Positions 29,937 through 40,987 of a DNA stretch of 64,000 nt are shown piece by piece. This stretch comes from a virus. The stretch lies in the IMG/VR virus record IMGVR_UViG_3300016469_000277, positions 32,001 through 96,000 of that record. One strand, given 5' to 3'. The stretch's first letter is position 1, and every line of letters starts with the position of its first letter. The notes below the pieces were generated by a model. The model was given only the letters and a program-made list of their open reading frames with translations. It searched no databases and was not told the origin of the DNA. A program made the position numbers and the translations under genes.

Positions 29937-32201
29937 TCAGTCAAATAATCTTTCAATATTATTTTCGGCTTCAAAATAAGATTCTGGTACAAAAAAGTAA
30001 GAACCACAGTGATCGCAAGATAATATATCTGTGCAATCGTCGTGTTTTACTATTGAGTCACTAAAACAACAAGGACAATAACCTAGTTCTAACTCTGCAA
30101 TAACTTCATCATCTGTTATTTCTTCGTATTCTAGAACATGACGATACTTGTAAGTTGGAATTTTAAGTTTAGGCTTTTTTTGTTCAAAAGAAGAATTCCA
30201 ATCGTCTACTTCGTAGTCCTCACTCCATCTTTCTCCATAATTAACTGTAGTAGGCTTAAGTGGATAATCAGAAGTAGCTTTGTGTTCCCACTTAGTCTTT
30301 CCTAGAGTAGTTAAACACTCGTAACCAAAATTAATAGAATTTTCCAAAGCTTGTATAGAGGTAATTTCTTGTTCGGAATGCTCGTCAAAATAACCGGCTG
30401 ATATGTTGCACCCAATGCAATTTACCCCAGGCAACTTAACAATCTCTCCAACATCAGTATAAACTCCATTGCTTTCAAAAAACTCATATTTTTCCATAAT
30501 AGGTTTAGCTGCGTCAACAAACTCCTTACTGCAAGTTTTTACACCATTAGTATGAGTTATTAACTCCAATCCTTTATATGCATTCCTATCCATTTGAAAT
30601 ATCATGGAACAGTCATGAAAAAAGGCTACATCAGCTTGTTTACTTCCCACACCTTATTGTTACCATGTAAGCTCTTTATCTTACATTTCTGCACTTTCTT
30701 TTGTTATATGTGCAGTTCAGACTATATCATCACCATATAGGTGTTCCGCGCTCGTGGTGTTTTACCGTCCTTAACTTAATAGTAGGACTCCATACACTAG
30801 TCGTTGAACCTTCAATGCGTTTCTGCAAAGCTTGGCTGCTGATTGTCCTCTTCAGGATTTTCCAGCAATTCACGGAATTTTAATTGGTCATGTGGGTATT
30901 TTCTATCTAAATAACAAGTTGCGTCTTTATAAATATAATTTAAAAATAAATTTTTTTCTTCAGTAAATTGCCAAACAAAAACATTTCTTTTAGTGTATCG
31001 AATGTTTCCAAAAGGTTTTTTAAATTTATTTTTAAAATAATTTTTAAAGTCTTCTAAAATTGAAGAAGTTTTACTAGTAAAAAGAATATTATTTCCAGAA
31101 AAACATCCATCTCCGTCAAAATAACCTCTTATAAAATGTCTAATCAAGTTTTCTAGAATATTAGGAATTTTTAAATCCATATAGGTTTTTCTATTTCCTA
31201 ATCCAAGTTTTATCAAATGATCTACAAATTTTGTAGAACTAATTGATAAAGCATATTGATTTTTTCTCTTATACTTTTGATTATTCATAGGAGAGATAAA
31301 CTCTTTTCCTTCTCTAAAATGTAAAGGTCCTTTATGACCTAACTCTTTTTTAAAAAATTCAAGAATGTGTTTATCTTTTTCTGCTAAATTAATAGTAAAT
31401 GATTTTTCAATCCAAAAATCACTTCTTTTTCTAATGTAAATTCCTCCATCGGCAAACACAAATCCTAAAAAATATGCTTTAGCTTCTGTATCAATATTTT
31501 CAAAATAATCTTCATTATACTGATACTTTTTACTAAATTTTTTTAAAGGATATTCAAAATCATAGTGTTTAAAAAACTTTTTTAAGTATTTTGAACACTT
31601 ATTAAAATGTTTACCAGTTTTAGTTATTGACCCGTTACTTAAATAGTAGGTATAGTATTGTTGTACGTTTTCTAAAGATTCCATATTACAAATATAATAC
31701 AAAATTTAAAAAACCCAACACTCCTATACACATTTATTTTTAACCAATTTCTTCGTCTTTAAAAAATGCAATCTTAATCTCGTCGATAAGATCAAACATC
31801 ATCAAAGCAAAAAGACAACCATTCTTGTCATCAAAGCCTACACCGCATTGCAAACCTGTTTCGTTGTCTATACCGTAAACAAATTTGTCTGTTCTTTCTA
31901 TGCGGAGTTCTTTTTTGAAATCTTGGTTAATGTCGGTATGCGCTATAACACAAGGATACAAATCAGTATCTCCTTTGACTGCATAGAGATTTCCAAATTT
32001 ATCTTGAGAGACTCTTACTCCAGGAGTTTTTTCTAATCTTTCTTTAAGCCAATTAATAAATCTATCTTGATGAGCAGATCCGCTAGGAGTTTGCTTATAA
32101 AGTAAAGTAAAAAATAAAGACCAATCTATTTTGATTGGATTGTCAAGTTTGGGAAAAGAGGGTTTAGCCTCTGAATACCCGTAGTTATAGTAAGAACGCA
32201 T
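29937..32201 (-). CDS. M28/M42-like zinc peptidase in two exons (32201-31742 joined to 30652-29937; 391 aa)
   Basis: AHTD, GFDDKNG, spliced EEIGCVGS, QMDR and HSEQE metal-binding motifs; junction restores frame. Confidence 0.88.
30653..31741 (-). mobile_element. group I intron (1089 nt)
   Basis: 5' splice site after U, terminal G; P AATTGCTGGAAA, Q AATCAGCAG, R GTTCAACGACTA, S GATATAGTC; IGS 30882-30896 pairs with both exons. Confidence 0.93.
30812..31684 (-). CDS. intron-encoded double-motif LAGLIDADG homing endonuclease (start revised)
   Basis: AYFLGFVFADG and FIRGYFDGDG motifs. Confidence 0.92.
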   Translation of the reverse strand: MESLENVQQYYTYYLSNGSITKTGKHFNKCSKYLKKFFKHYDFEYPLKKFSKKYQYNEDYFENIDTEAKAYFLGFVFADGGIYIRKRSDFWIEKSFTINLAEKDKHILEFFKKELGHKGPLHFREGKEFISPMNNQKYKRKNQYALSISSTKFVDHLIKLGLGNRKTYMDLKIPNILENLIRHFIRGYFDGDGCFSGNNILFTSKTSSILEDFKNYFKNKFKKPFGNIRYTKRNVFVWQFTEEKNLFLNYIYKDATCYLDRKYPHDQLKFRELLENPEEDNQQPSFAETH

Positions 32202-33867
32202 TGCTTTCTTCGGTTTTAATTGTTGTTTGTGTGATTTCGTTTTCTTTGATTTTGTTTTCTTCTTCTTGCGCTTCCTCATTTTCCTTAAGTTCCTTATCTT
32301 CCAAATAATTTTGATACTTGTCGCTGTCTACATGATAATACTCACCTAGTTCGTTTACATAAACTATATCATCATGGTCTTCTTTGTTGTACCATTTTCC
32401 TCTAAATTCGATACAATCTTCTTCAATTTTGTCATCTAGATACCAGTTACCTTGTACATCTTCAATACAATCGTCTACTAGGGCGTATTCTCCGTCATAA
32501 AGTTCTACACAATCGTCAGCATAATAATACCCATGTACATAACGGCAATACTGTGCATCATCATTGTGAACATACTCGTCGCTTTCTAACCAAGTACAAC
32601 AATCATTACAAAGACTTTCTCCACGGGATCTACCTCTGTCAATATAGTGAAGATCATCGTCATCTCTACGGTCTCCGCAACAATCACATTCTGATCCTTC
32701 GTGCATTGGGCCACCTTCTGCGTTTGTTAGTTCGTAATCATAACTACAAGAACCGTAATTACCTAAACCACTACCTAATACAAGATATTGAAAAGTATCC
32801 ATATAAGGATAATATCTAAAATCAGTTTGGGCTAAGTTAATAAAATAACTAACATCCTTATAATCTCCGTCATAGACATTTTTATATCCTAGACTTTCTA
32901 ACTTAGCTTGAAGAGTGATTCTTGTTGCCTCGTCTATGTAATAAACTCTGTCAAATAGTACATCGTCTTCGTGGTTCCAAACTAAAGCTCTAGCTGCAAT
33001 TTGTCCTTCTTTCTTAAGAACTGCTAAAGAGATTTTATCTGGATTTTCTACATAAATATCTAGATACTCTTGACAATTAGAATAACGCATACAGCTTCCG
33101 TGAAGTGTGCCTCCACAACCATAATAATTACGATCATAATAAGCCCAGCGAATATCTTCTCCTTTAAGTTCTTCGTAAAGTAAATCACCTAAATCGCCAC
33201 ATTCTTTAAAGCTTTCTAGTTTGTAAAGTCCTACAAATTCATCTATTTGTTTGTCCGTAAAAGATTCTCCAAAAGCATTTAGAACTCTTCTGATTGCTTT
33301 ACCTGCAGAACTATGATACCTTTTATTAGGGTCATAAAGTGCATTCTCTAAATTAGGAGTGTGTAATTCTTTAGTAATAGAATAATCGAGATACTTAAGA
33401 GCTTTACTTACACGTATAAAAGAAGTAGTTCCAAACATACTTTGTGTTTGAAGATGAAATATTGTGTCAGTTTTTAGTAACGCATCTTCAAAACAATCGT
33501 ATTCATCTAAATAAATAGGATCATCTGATATTTCTAAATCGCTGAAAATAAAATCCTTTTGAGAATAATTTGGATCATATTCAGTAGGAATATCACTATC
33601 TACGCTATTTAGATGAGGAAATCCTTTTGGACTAAAGTTAAACTTAATAGAAGTAAGAACAGGTCTTGGTGCGTTTTGTTCTGAAATCCTTTTTATTCTT
33701 GAGTTATCTAAATAACTAATAAAGATAGGATTACTCATACTAATGCTAAGATAGTTAATGTCTAGATTTTCGCTTTCTTGGTTTTCTAGTTCAAGAATTT
33801 TTCTAGCTATATCAGAATTGATTCTACCTAGTTTGTCCTTAAATAATTGGTTGAATGTCAGTATCAT
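32185..33867 (-). CDS. conserved phage protein with Cys/acidic C-terminal repeats
   Basis: SCMRY...ARALVW...DRVYY...PYMDTF core followed by CxxC repeats. Confidence 0.7.
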   Translation of the reverse strand: MILTFNQLFKDKLGRINSDIARKILELENQESENLDINYLSISMSNPIFISYLDNSRIKRISEQNAPRPVLTSIKFNFSPKGFPHLNSVDSDIPTEYDPNYSQKDFIFSDLEISDDPIYLDEYDCFEDALLKTDTIFHLQTQSMFGTTSFIRVSKALKYLDYSITKELHTPNLENALYDPNKRYHSSAGKAIRRVLNAFGESFTDKQIDEFVGLYKLESFKECGDLGDLLYEELKGEDIRWAYYDRNYYGCGGTLHGSCMRYSNCQEYLDIYVENPDKISLAVLKKEGQIAARALVWNHEDDVLFDRVYYIDEATRITLQAKLESLGYKNVYDGDYKDVSYFINLAQTDFRYYPYMDTFQYLVLGSGLGNYGSCSYDYELTNAEGGPMHEGSECDCCGDRRDDDDLHYIDRGRSRGESLCNDCCTWLESDEYVHNDDAQYCRYVHGYYYADDCVELYDGEYALVDDCIEDVQGNWYLDDKIEEDCIEFRGKWYNKEDHDDIVYVNELGEYYHVDSDKYQNYLEDKELKENEEAQEEENKIKENEITQTTIKTEESNAFLL

Positions 33868-35265
33868 GGTTTTCTTCGGTTGTAGTTTCTGTAATTACTT
33901 CTTCGATTGGGGTTTCTTCTGAATACGGATTAATACCTATAACATCGCTTAAATCTGTTAATGGTATATATTCTACCTTTGGTGGTAAAGAATTTATCAT
34001 AAAAGAGCCATCCGTAATAATAGAAAAATCAAGTTGTTTATCAAATAAGCCGTCAAACTTACCAAATCTTAAAGATTCTTCTGTTATTGCTTCTGAATTT
34101 GAATCTGCATTATCTAGACAGAATCTGTGAAGCTTTATAGCTCTATAAATTCTAGCAGCAGTTTGAACCTTTTCATCTACTTCAGAACTTGCTATGCCTA
34201 TGTGGGTGTTTTCAGAATATCCCCAGAATTCTTTGTTGGCTTTTAGCGATTCTTTAAAATTCTCTCTAGATTCTTCCGGGATTAAATTCTGAAGAGGCTC
34301 GAAATCATTCAAAACTTCTAACTCTACAAGTCCTAGTTTGTAATAAAGTTTAAGTGCATCCATGATTATTTCTTGGATATACTTGTCGCAAGTTATTTTA
34401 CTGTTCATTTTTCTTGGTTTTTAATTCTTTAACTATTTTAATTAATCTATCAATAGCTGTTGTTTGTGCTTCTTCGTAATTATTATAATACCTTCGATTG
34501 TTATCATCTAAAATATGAGGAAAGCCATCTATTTCACCTATTCTAAAAAAGAATTGTCCTTTACCACAAGCTATCTCGCAGTGTAAGTTATAGTTTTGTC
34601 TAAACCAGCGAAAAGCAGCTGAATAAGTAGGTGCATCAACAGCTTCTTGGACTAAACCAGGTTCACTGTTCTTAAAACAGGCTCCTAAATAAAACTTAAC
34701 TTCTTGATAGTCGTGGTATTTTCCGTAATAACCCAAGGATACTTCGTGGTATCCTAAATCCTTAAACTCTAAAGACTGGCTGTGAGATAAAAAATCTTTT
34801 AACATAGTTTAAATCCAAGGATCTCTTTGTATTGTATAATCAGGATTAGCTCTTCTAATTATCATAAAGTGAAGATACCCATAAGGGCCTTCATACAAAT
34901 CTCCTATAAACTTTTCGTTTACAGTATACCATCTGTCTTCTGTGTAATCGTAGTACTCGTCTTGTTTGCGGATCATGTCTCCGTCTGTAAGCATAAAGTA
35001 CTTAGGATTAGGATTGTGAATATCTTTAATCATTTTTCGTGAGATTATCTTTGCTCATTAAATCCCCTAATTGAATCATGTCTTCTTCGCTTAAAACTTG
35101 TTGGTTTTCAAGCAAAAGGTCTTCAGCTTCTTTTAGTTCGTCTTCTTGAGCTTTATCAATAATACTTTTAGGCAGTGGCCCCATAATCGTTTCGAATATG
35201 GGGTTTTGCCACTGCTCTATTTCCATATGTAGCTCTTCAGCCATTTGTTCCCAAGTTTGTTTCAT
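33839..35265 (-). other. four hypothetical CDSs (33839-34408, 34398-34805, 34809-35033, 35026-35265)
   Basis: Coupled co-oriented ORFs. Confidence 0.65.
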
Positions 35266-35840
35266 TTGTATTTTTGTCTTAGTTTTAATTCAATGTACCT
35301 TACTCCTTGTTCGTAAGCTTGTCTGTCTGCTCCGTGATAAGATTGAGGAATCCAACTGTAATAGTTTAATCCAGACTTAAGTTTATTTCTAGCTTGATAG
35401 GAGTTTACCATAAAATCTACTGAATAAGTCCAATGTCTAAAAGAGATGTAACCTTCGTGGTCTTTAAATCCAAATAAATTGTTAACCTTAGCAGAACTAT
35501 TAGGAGAGAAGTAACCAGACTCATAAAGTCCTTGTGCTGTAGTTTCGTAAGGATGCGTACAACCAATTAATTTAGTGTACTCGAAAAGATTTCTTTCGGT
35601 TAATTGAGAGTCACGAAACCCTACAACTTTAAGCTTTAAAGCCATAGTATCGTACATTTTAAGCATAAGGCTGTCTTCTGCTACATCTCTACACACTACA
35701 GGGTTAATTGCCCTATAAGTAGTATGAACAGATAAAGCGAAGACAACCCCGCTTAAAAACCAAATCAATCTATTTTTCCACTTCCAGCTAGAGGTTACAT
35801 CTTTAATTTCTAAATTCTTTGATACTTTCTGTATTACCAT
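35262..35840 (-). CDS. membrane-anchored glucosaminidase/lysozyme-like (GH73-like) protein
   Basis: N-terminal TM; AQGLYESG...NNLFG...F..W..SV..Y. Confidence 0.6.
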   Translation of the reverse strand: MVIQKVSKNLEIKDVTSSWKWKNRLIWFLSGVVFALSVHTTYRAINPVVCRDVAEDSLMLKMYDTMALKLKVVGFRDSQLTERNLFEYTKLIGCTHPYETTAQGLYESGYFSPNSSAKVNNLFGFKDHEGYISFRHWTYSVDFMVNSYQARNKLKSGLNYYSWIPQSYHGADRQAYEQGVRYIELKLRQKYK

Positions 35841-37330
35841 AATTTTCTTTGATAGATTTTCTTAAATTAGAATGAAACTCGTTAAACTCGTCTGCTGGTA
35901 TTTCTGTTGTAGGATTGATTCTTGCAAACCAATCTTCAAACCTTTCAGCTTCTTTAACTTCCGGCTCTTGAAACCAAGAGTTAATTCTGTTCATTAATGT
36001 TTTCATATTATTGTGTAGGATCGTCCAAATCTCCATAACCATCATCTCCTGATTCGTAGTGAGGACCTTCTGAATCTTTGTTTACAGTAACCTCTTTACT
36101 GTAACTTTCAGGAAAGTACTCTTGGTACCAATCATCGAAACATCCATAAAGAAATCCTGTATTAGGGTGCGCTAAACGGCTAGACTCAAAGCAACTATCT
36201 AAGACTCTTTTTTCTTGATCTACTAAGACCGATTCTAAAAGAGGAAGAGTTTCTGCTTCTCCTTTTCTAATTACTTCCATTATTATTTGAACTGGTGTTT
36301 TCATGTTATTCAGTTTGTGTTGTTAATACCCATTTAAGAATGTTTACTTGACTTGTTAGTTTTTTTAATTCACTATGTGCAGCATCTACTTCTCCGTAAT
36401 CAGCTTGTCCCCAAAGTTTTTTGTCTTCACGATACCTCTCACAAGCAGATTTAGCCCAGTCTTTTACTCCTTCGAGTTCAAGTTCTAATTCTTCTAGTCT
36501 GTGTTCAATTTCTTCTTGAGATTTCATTAGTTAATACAAATTGCGTTAGGTTTAAGTATCTCTGAATTAACAGGTTCTGGATAATTACTTTCTGGATCAT
36601 CTACTGTGATTATTCCTGGAGTAAAGTTTACTTGATGATAGTGATTACCTTCATCGTCTGCTGAGTAAATTACAGGAAATTCTGCATATTCAGGATGTTT
36701 TTCTAAAAGTGTATTTAAGCACTTTGCGTAATGTTTTAGTGTCATTGTTTTGAATTTAGAAATTTTTGTAATAGTTCTTTTGTTGAGTAAATACCTGATT
36801 TATATAACCAATCTCCATCATTTTTAAAATGAGCATTTTCTGCCACAAACTGAGCAAAGTCAATCATATCTTTTTCCGTAAAGTTTTTTTCTAAACAATC
36901 AGGATAAGTACAGTTATTGTTTAAACTGCAGCTTTCTCCTTCTTTTTTTATCCCGTTTTTAGAACAGGTTGTCATTTTAATCTATCTTAAAGTGTAAACT
37001 TGCTTGTCTTATTCTGTCATCTTCTTCTTCCATTTCTATTATATCGACTAAAGAGATTGTATGTCCGTTTATAGTCATTGGGAAGAGTTTAGAGACAGTT
37101 TCGTAACAATAATTATCAAATCCTCCATGTCTAAAGTAAAGATGCTCTAATCCGCTAGAAATGCCTGTATTGATATAGGGCATATCTGTATACTTTAGTT
37201 GTCTGTGTTCCTTAAAATAATTGTGGTCAGCTTCCATTTCGATACTTATGCCTTTATCTAGTAAGATTTTGGCTAATTCTTTAACAGTATCTAGTAGAGG
37301 GTCTGCGAGTATTTGTTCTTTGAATGTCAT
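35803..37330 (-). other. six small hypothetical CDSs
   Basis: Coupled ORFs 35803, 36008, 36306, 36527, 36742 and 36977. Confidence 0.65.
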
Positions 37331-37779
37331 TTTGATTTTGATTTTCTTAATACGATTGAGACACGGGGCTGTTCTGCCTCAAAATAATGTTCCCATGTAT
37401 ATCTGAGATCTTCAGACATAATCGCTAAAGAGTAACGAGGAACAAGAAACTCTTTTATTTCTCCGTCTTTTCTAAATTTAAGAACTCCGTCACTTAAAAG
37501 ACTAATAATATAAATAGCATTACCTCCGTCAGGTGCGTCTTTATGCCAGTCTATTCTTTGTCCTTCTTTATACTCATTGATTGTTACAGAGTCAAAAGTT
37601 AAATCAAACTTAAATATTTCTGGAATATGATAAGATACATGATGAGTTCCATAAGGTCTTCTAGCTCCATACCTTATTATTTGATTTCTATCTTTACCTT
37701 TAGCTCTTTTAGAGGGAATTAAAGCCAAGACTTTTTCTTCAAAGTCCTGGTCTACATAATTTTCAATTACTTCTAACAT
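37327..37779 (-). CDS. AlkB-like 2OG-Fe(II) dioxygenase
   Basis: INEY..G..IDWHKD, ISL, WEH, RVSIVLR. Confidence 0.8.
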   Translation of the reverse strand: MLEVIENYVDQDFEEKVLALIPSKRAKGKDRNQIIRYGARRPYGTHHVSYHIPEIFKFDLTFDSVTINEYKEGQRIDWHKDAPDGGNAIYIISLLSDGVLKFRKDGEIKEFLVPRYSLAIMSEDLRYTWEHYFEAEQPRVSIVLRKSKSK

Positions 37780-37790
37780 AATATTTTAAT

Positions 37791-37860
37791 TTTTAACAAA
37801 GTGCAAGCGCAATTTTAAAATCAAACAATGGTAACAACTGCGCCTGCACGACTGTTAGCG
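37791..37860 (-). repeat. attC-like palindromic site 2
   Basis: CGCTAAC...GTGCAGGCGCAGTT/AATTGCGCTTGCAC...GTTAAAA. Confidence 0.6.
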
Positions 37861-37887
37861 GCAATAAATTAAAATTGCCTACGCACA

Positions 37888-38040
37888 TCAACTACCTGCA
37901 TCTCCAAGAAATTCATCCCCATAATCTCTTTGTGCCATAAATCGCTCAATTGCTTCATCGGTATTATCGAAAATATACCAAGCATCTTCACCGCAATCTC
38001 TTGCCCAATCAATAAATTCTTCTAATAATTCTTTTTCCAT
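37888..38040 (-). CDS. 50-aa acidic cassette ORF
   Basis: MEKELLEEFIDWARDCG...DAGS, read manually between two attC-like sites. Confidence 0.65.
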   Translation of the reverse strand: MEKELLEEFIDWARDCGEDAWYIFDNTDEAIERFMAQRDYGDEFLGDAGS

Positions 38041-38064
38041 CGCTCTAAATTTTAATTTACGTGC

Positions 38065-38159
38065 CTATAACAGCGGTTTAGCGCAATGCCGCTGGACAGG
38101 CACAGGTTTAATTTAAAGTTTATCAATGCGGCACTGCACCAAGCCGCAAAACGTTATGT
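38065..38159 (-). repeat. attC-like palindromic site 1
   Basis: ACATAAC...GCGGCTTGGTGCAGTGCCGC/GCGGCATTGCGCTAAACCGC...GTTATAG. Confidence 0.65.
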
Positions 38160-38291
38160 AAACCTACCCATTTACAATTTGTCAAAATTTGACAATTCAT
38201 AAGTTGACAATTTCTTTTTTTCATAGTTAAAATAAAAAGTTAGGAGGAGATTTCTCTCCCCCTAACTAAAACCCTAAACAATAGTCCTTAA

Positions 38292-38819
38292 TTAGAATAC
38301 TGAGTTAGCTGCAACAGGTGTAGCGGATTCTTTCAAATCTGCTGTCATATCCTTAAGAGGAATATGAGCTACTAGAATATCATCGCTGGTGCCGTCATTT
38401 GTTACTTGAACAAATTCTTGCTTGCGATAAATATTCTCTCCATCAGCAGTAACTAGTTCTACTCCGTCTTTTCCAGACTTCTTAATAGAAGCATAGTTTT
38501 CTTTAGCCCAAGCTTCGTCAGTAGATTCTACGATACGAATTCTAACAGGGAAAGGAAGAATTTCGCTAAGATTAATGTTAATCGGAGTTACATTCTCATA
38601 ACCTTCTTTCAAGTTAGCAGTATCAATACCAATTGACTTAGCTACATCTTCTGTAAAAGATACAGTTACTACACGACGATTCTTTTGGCCCATCATAAAG
38701 CCAATAAGATTAGCTGCTTCGCCTTTTTGCTCCATCATTACACTGATAGGACGAGTGGTTGCATTAGGATTGATCCAAGCTGCAATAGCGATTACCGGAT
38801 TTTCGTTTTTGATGTTCAT
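38292..38819 (-). CDS. hypothetical protein
   Basis: 175-aa ORF followed by a terminator hairpin (38240-38266). Confidence 0.75.
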   Translation of the reverse strand: MNIKNENPVIAIAAWINPNATTRPISVMMEQKGEAANLIGFMMGQKNRRVVTVSFTEDVAKSIGIDTANLKEGYENVTPININLSEILPFPVRIRIVESTDEAWAKENYASIKKSGKDGVELVTADGENIYRKQEFVQVTNDGTSDDILVAHIPLKDMTADLKESATPVAANSVF

Positions 38820-38855
38820 TTTCTTTTTAATTTAATTTTGTTTAGTTTGATTAGT

Positions 38856-39906
38856 TTATATTATGTTTTGAATTGTAACAGGTTTGTTGTAATCCGTAAA
38901 TATGTAACCAGTCTTTGAAAAATCAGCAAAGTTTTCTGCTTCAAAATTCCATTGATTTTCTGTTAGAGGTAAACCATAGTTTTCTCTTACCATGTAAAAA
39001 ATGTGACCATTATCACTTTGCATTAATTTAGGGTAATCAACAGTTAGATTTACCCCTTCTTCTTTTTTAATTATTATTGCCATTACTTTCTTTTGATTGG
39101 TTTTCTTCTTTTTGAGTTAGTTGTTTTGGGTTTTTTCCGTAAAGTTGCTGTTGATTTCTTTTTAGGTAACTCTGGTCTTGTCTCTGGTGCATAATTAGGT
39201 TCTTCTTTAGGACAATCTCTAAAAATAGTAGATTTACCTGCTTTAATTCTGCACATCAAAGGGGCTACAATACAAATGTCAAAAATAAAAATAACTAAAG
39301 CTAAGCAAATAGCCGAAGTACAGATAAATTGCCAAACTCCTGTATTATCAAGAGAGGTGTTAAGAACATACCCTACACCTAGTAGAGTAGCGATTGTTGC
39401 GAGGATTCTAATTCCCCACATTAAGATGTTATTTGGTATCATTGTTTTTAATTAGGTTAAAGTTAAAGTTCCCCCTCAGCACTACCTGGTCGGGGGAACT
39501 ATGAAACGCATTAGTAAGGAAGCCTCCCTGCAATTTGTTTAGTTAAATCATTATACTTTAGAAGTATACGATTCATCCACAACAGTTTTGCATCAGATTT
39601 AAACTCTTTGATGAAGTTTTCAATCTGTTTAGCTTCTTCGAATTTAGCTTCAAAGCCATCTTTGTCTCCTTTCATTATAAGCTCAAAAGCTTCTTTTTTA
39701 AGTTGACTAATCTGACTTTCCAGCTTAGAGAATGTCTCCCGAAGATTAAGTTCAATTGTTTCTTCAAGAGTCTTTACGAACAAAGAGGTATGTTTTGGAA
39801 GAACATACTCATCTTGTACTCTTACAGGCTTCTCTTTAGGAGGTGTGTAAGAGCCTACTTTTTCTGCTGAATACAGCTTTCCGTTTTGTCTGAATGTCTT
39901 TTTCAT
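38856..39906 (-). other. three hypothetical CDSs (38856-39083; 39083-39442 two-TM with basic tail; 39511-39906)
   Basis: ORF track; last start revised to lie downstream of the tRNA-like element. Confidence 0.65.
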
Positions 39907-39925
39907 AGTGTTTTTAATTAGTTTG

Positions 39926-40032
39926 TGCGAGTGACAGGATTCGAACCTGTACGTAGGACCTACAATTAGATGATCGGCTATCCTACAGTAGTGATGATAA
40001 TACTTGCGTCTAACCAATTCCGCCACACTCGC
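39926..40032 (-). ncRNA. tRNA-like RNA A (Leu-type D/T arms, non-canonical 55-nt centre)
   Basis: Acceptor GCGAGTG/CACTCGC+A; GGCGGAATTGGTTAGACGC; ACAGG-TTCGAAT-CCTGT; no canonical 7-nt anticodon loop. Confidence 0.8.
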
Positions 40033-40114
40033 ATTTTTCTCCTTATAAACCCTTCCGGTGCACCGAACAAGAAACTGGGGAGAAGTTGTTTCTACTTTTA
40101 ATTTTAACTTAAGT

Positions 40115-40758
40115 TTAATCTGATTCTCTTCCTGAATAGATAATAGTATCTGAATAAATATCTAGCCAGTAGTCAATAAATCCGTCATGCTTTAGATAAT
40201 AAACTCTGTCAAATTTAGGTTTCTTAAGACATAAAAGAATGTGAGAGTCTAATTTGAACACACAATGATTGATACAAGTATCGTGATCTAGAATGTGCGC
40301 TACAAAAGAAGAATCAAACTTTGTTAAAGGAGGAAAGTCCGAATGCACATTTAACTGTACATCCGGACTCTTACAAGCAAAAAATAGAGGGATAAGGATT
40401 AAAAGTCTCATAATCCTAGCATTACTTCAACAACTTTTTTCTTTTCGTTACGATTAAGCTTTTTAATCATAGCCAAAATGATGTCTAGTTGTTGTTCTAC
40501 TGACAATTCTTGTTTAAGGTCTCTTCTTGCGTTCTTTTGATTTCCTAAAGTGGAAATTCCGCTAGAAGAAACTACAGTCATAACAGTTCCCTCATGTCTT
40601 AACTTAGAATAATAATAAGCTGAAATAGCCCCTACGGTTCTTTCAGGCATACTAACAGCTGCTTTCTCAAAAGCTGCTCTTAAATTGTTAGGATACTGCT
40701 TCACAGCAGACAAAACGATGTTCTGGTCTTCTCTAGACCAACTTAATCTAGTACTCAT
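40115..40758 (-). other. two CDSs (40115-40411 lipoprotein-like, FFAC; 40408-40758 possible Myb/HTH-like)
   Basis: Lipobox-like signal; WSREDQ helix pattern. Confidence 0.55.
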
Positions 40759-40871
40759 AGTATTTTTTTCTTGGGTTTATTTTTTCTTGGTTTGTTTTAA
40801 TTAAAAAAATAAGGTAGTGAACTTAATCACTACCTTATCATTGAAAATCACAGTACAATGTGATTTTTGTT

Positions 40872-40984
40872 GCTCTTTATTCTATTACCCTTTTATTTCA
40901 GAGCAAACCTGCTTATCTATAGCGTCTCGCGTCCAAACGGTTATGGACCGTGGTGCCTTTATAAGATTTCAAGGGTACAGGTTT
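40872..40984 (-). ncRNA. candidate pseudoknotted structured RNA
   Basis: AAACCTG/CAGGTTT and GCTCT/AGAGC stems; TACCCTT/AAGGGTA crossing pairing. Confidence 0.5.
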
Positions 40985-40987
40985 TTG

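Noticed and set aside
39907-40026. N-terminal extension of ORF 39511-40026
   Set aside because: Overlaps the tRNA-like RNA; ATG 39906 has a typical A-rich leader
39926-40032. tRNA-Sec or opal suppressor (TCA in loop, long variable arm)
   Set aside because: Loop is not a 7-nt U33 loop, acceptor stem is 7 bp, and D/T arms are Leu-type and identical to mimic B, which lacks TCA there
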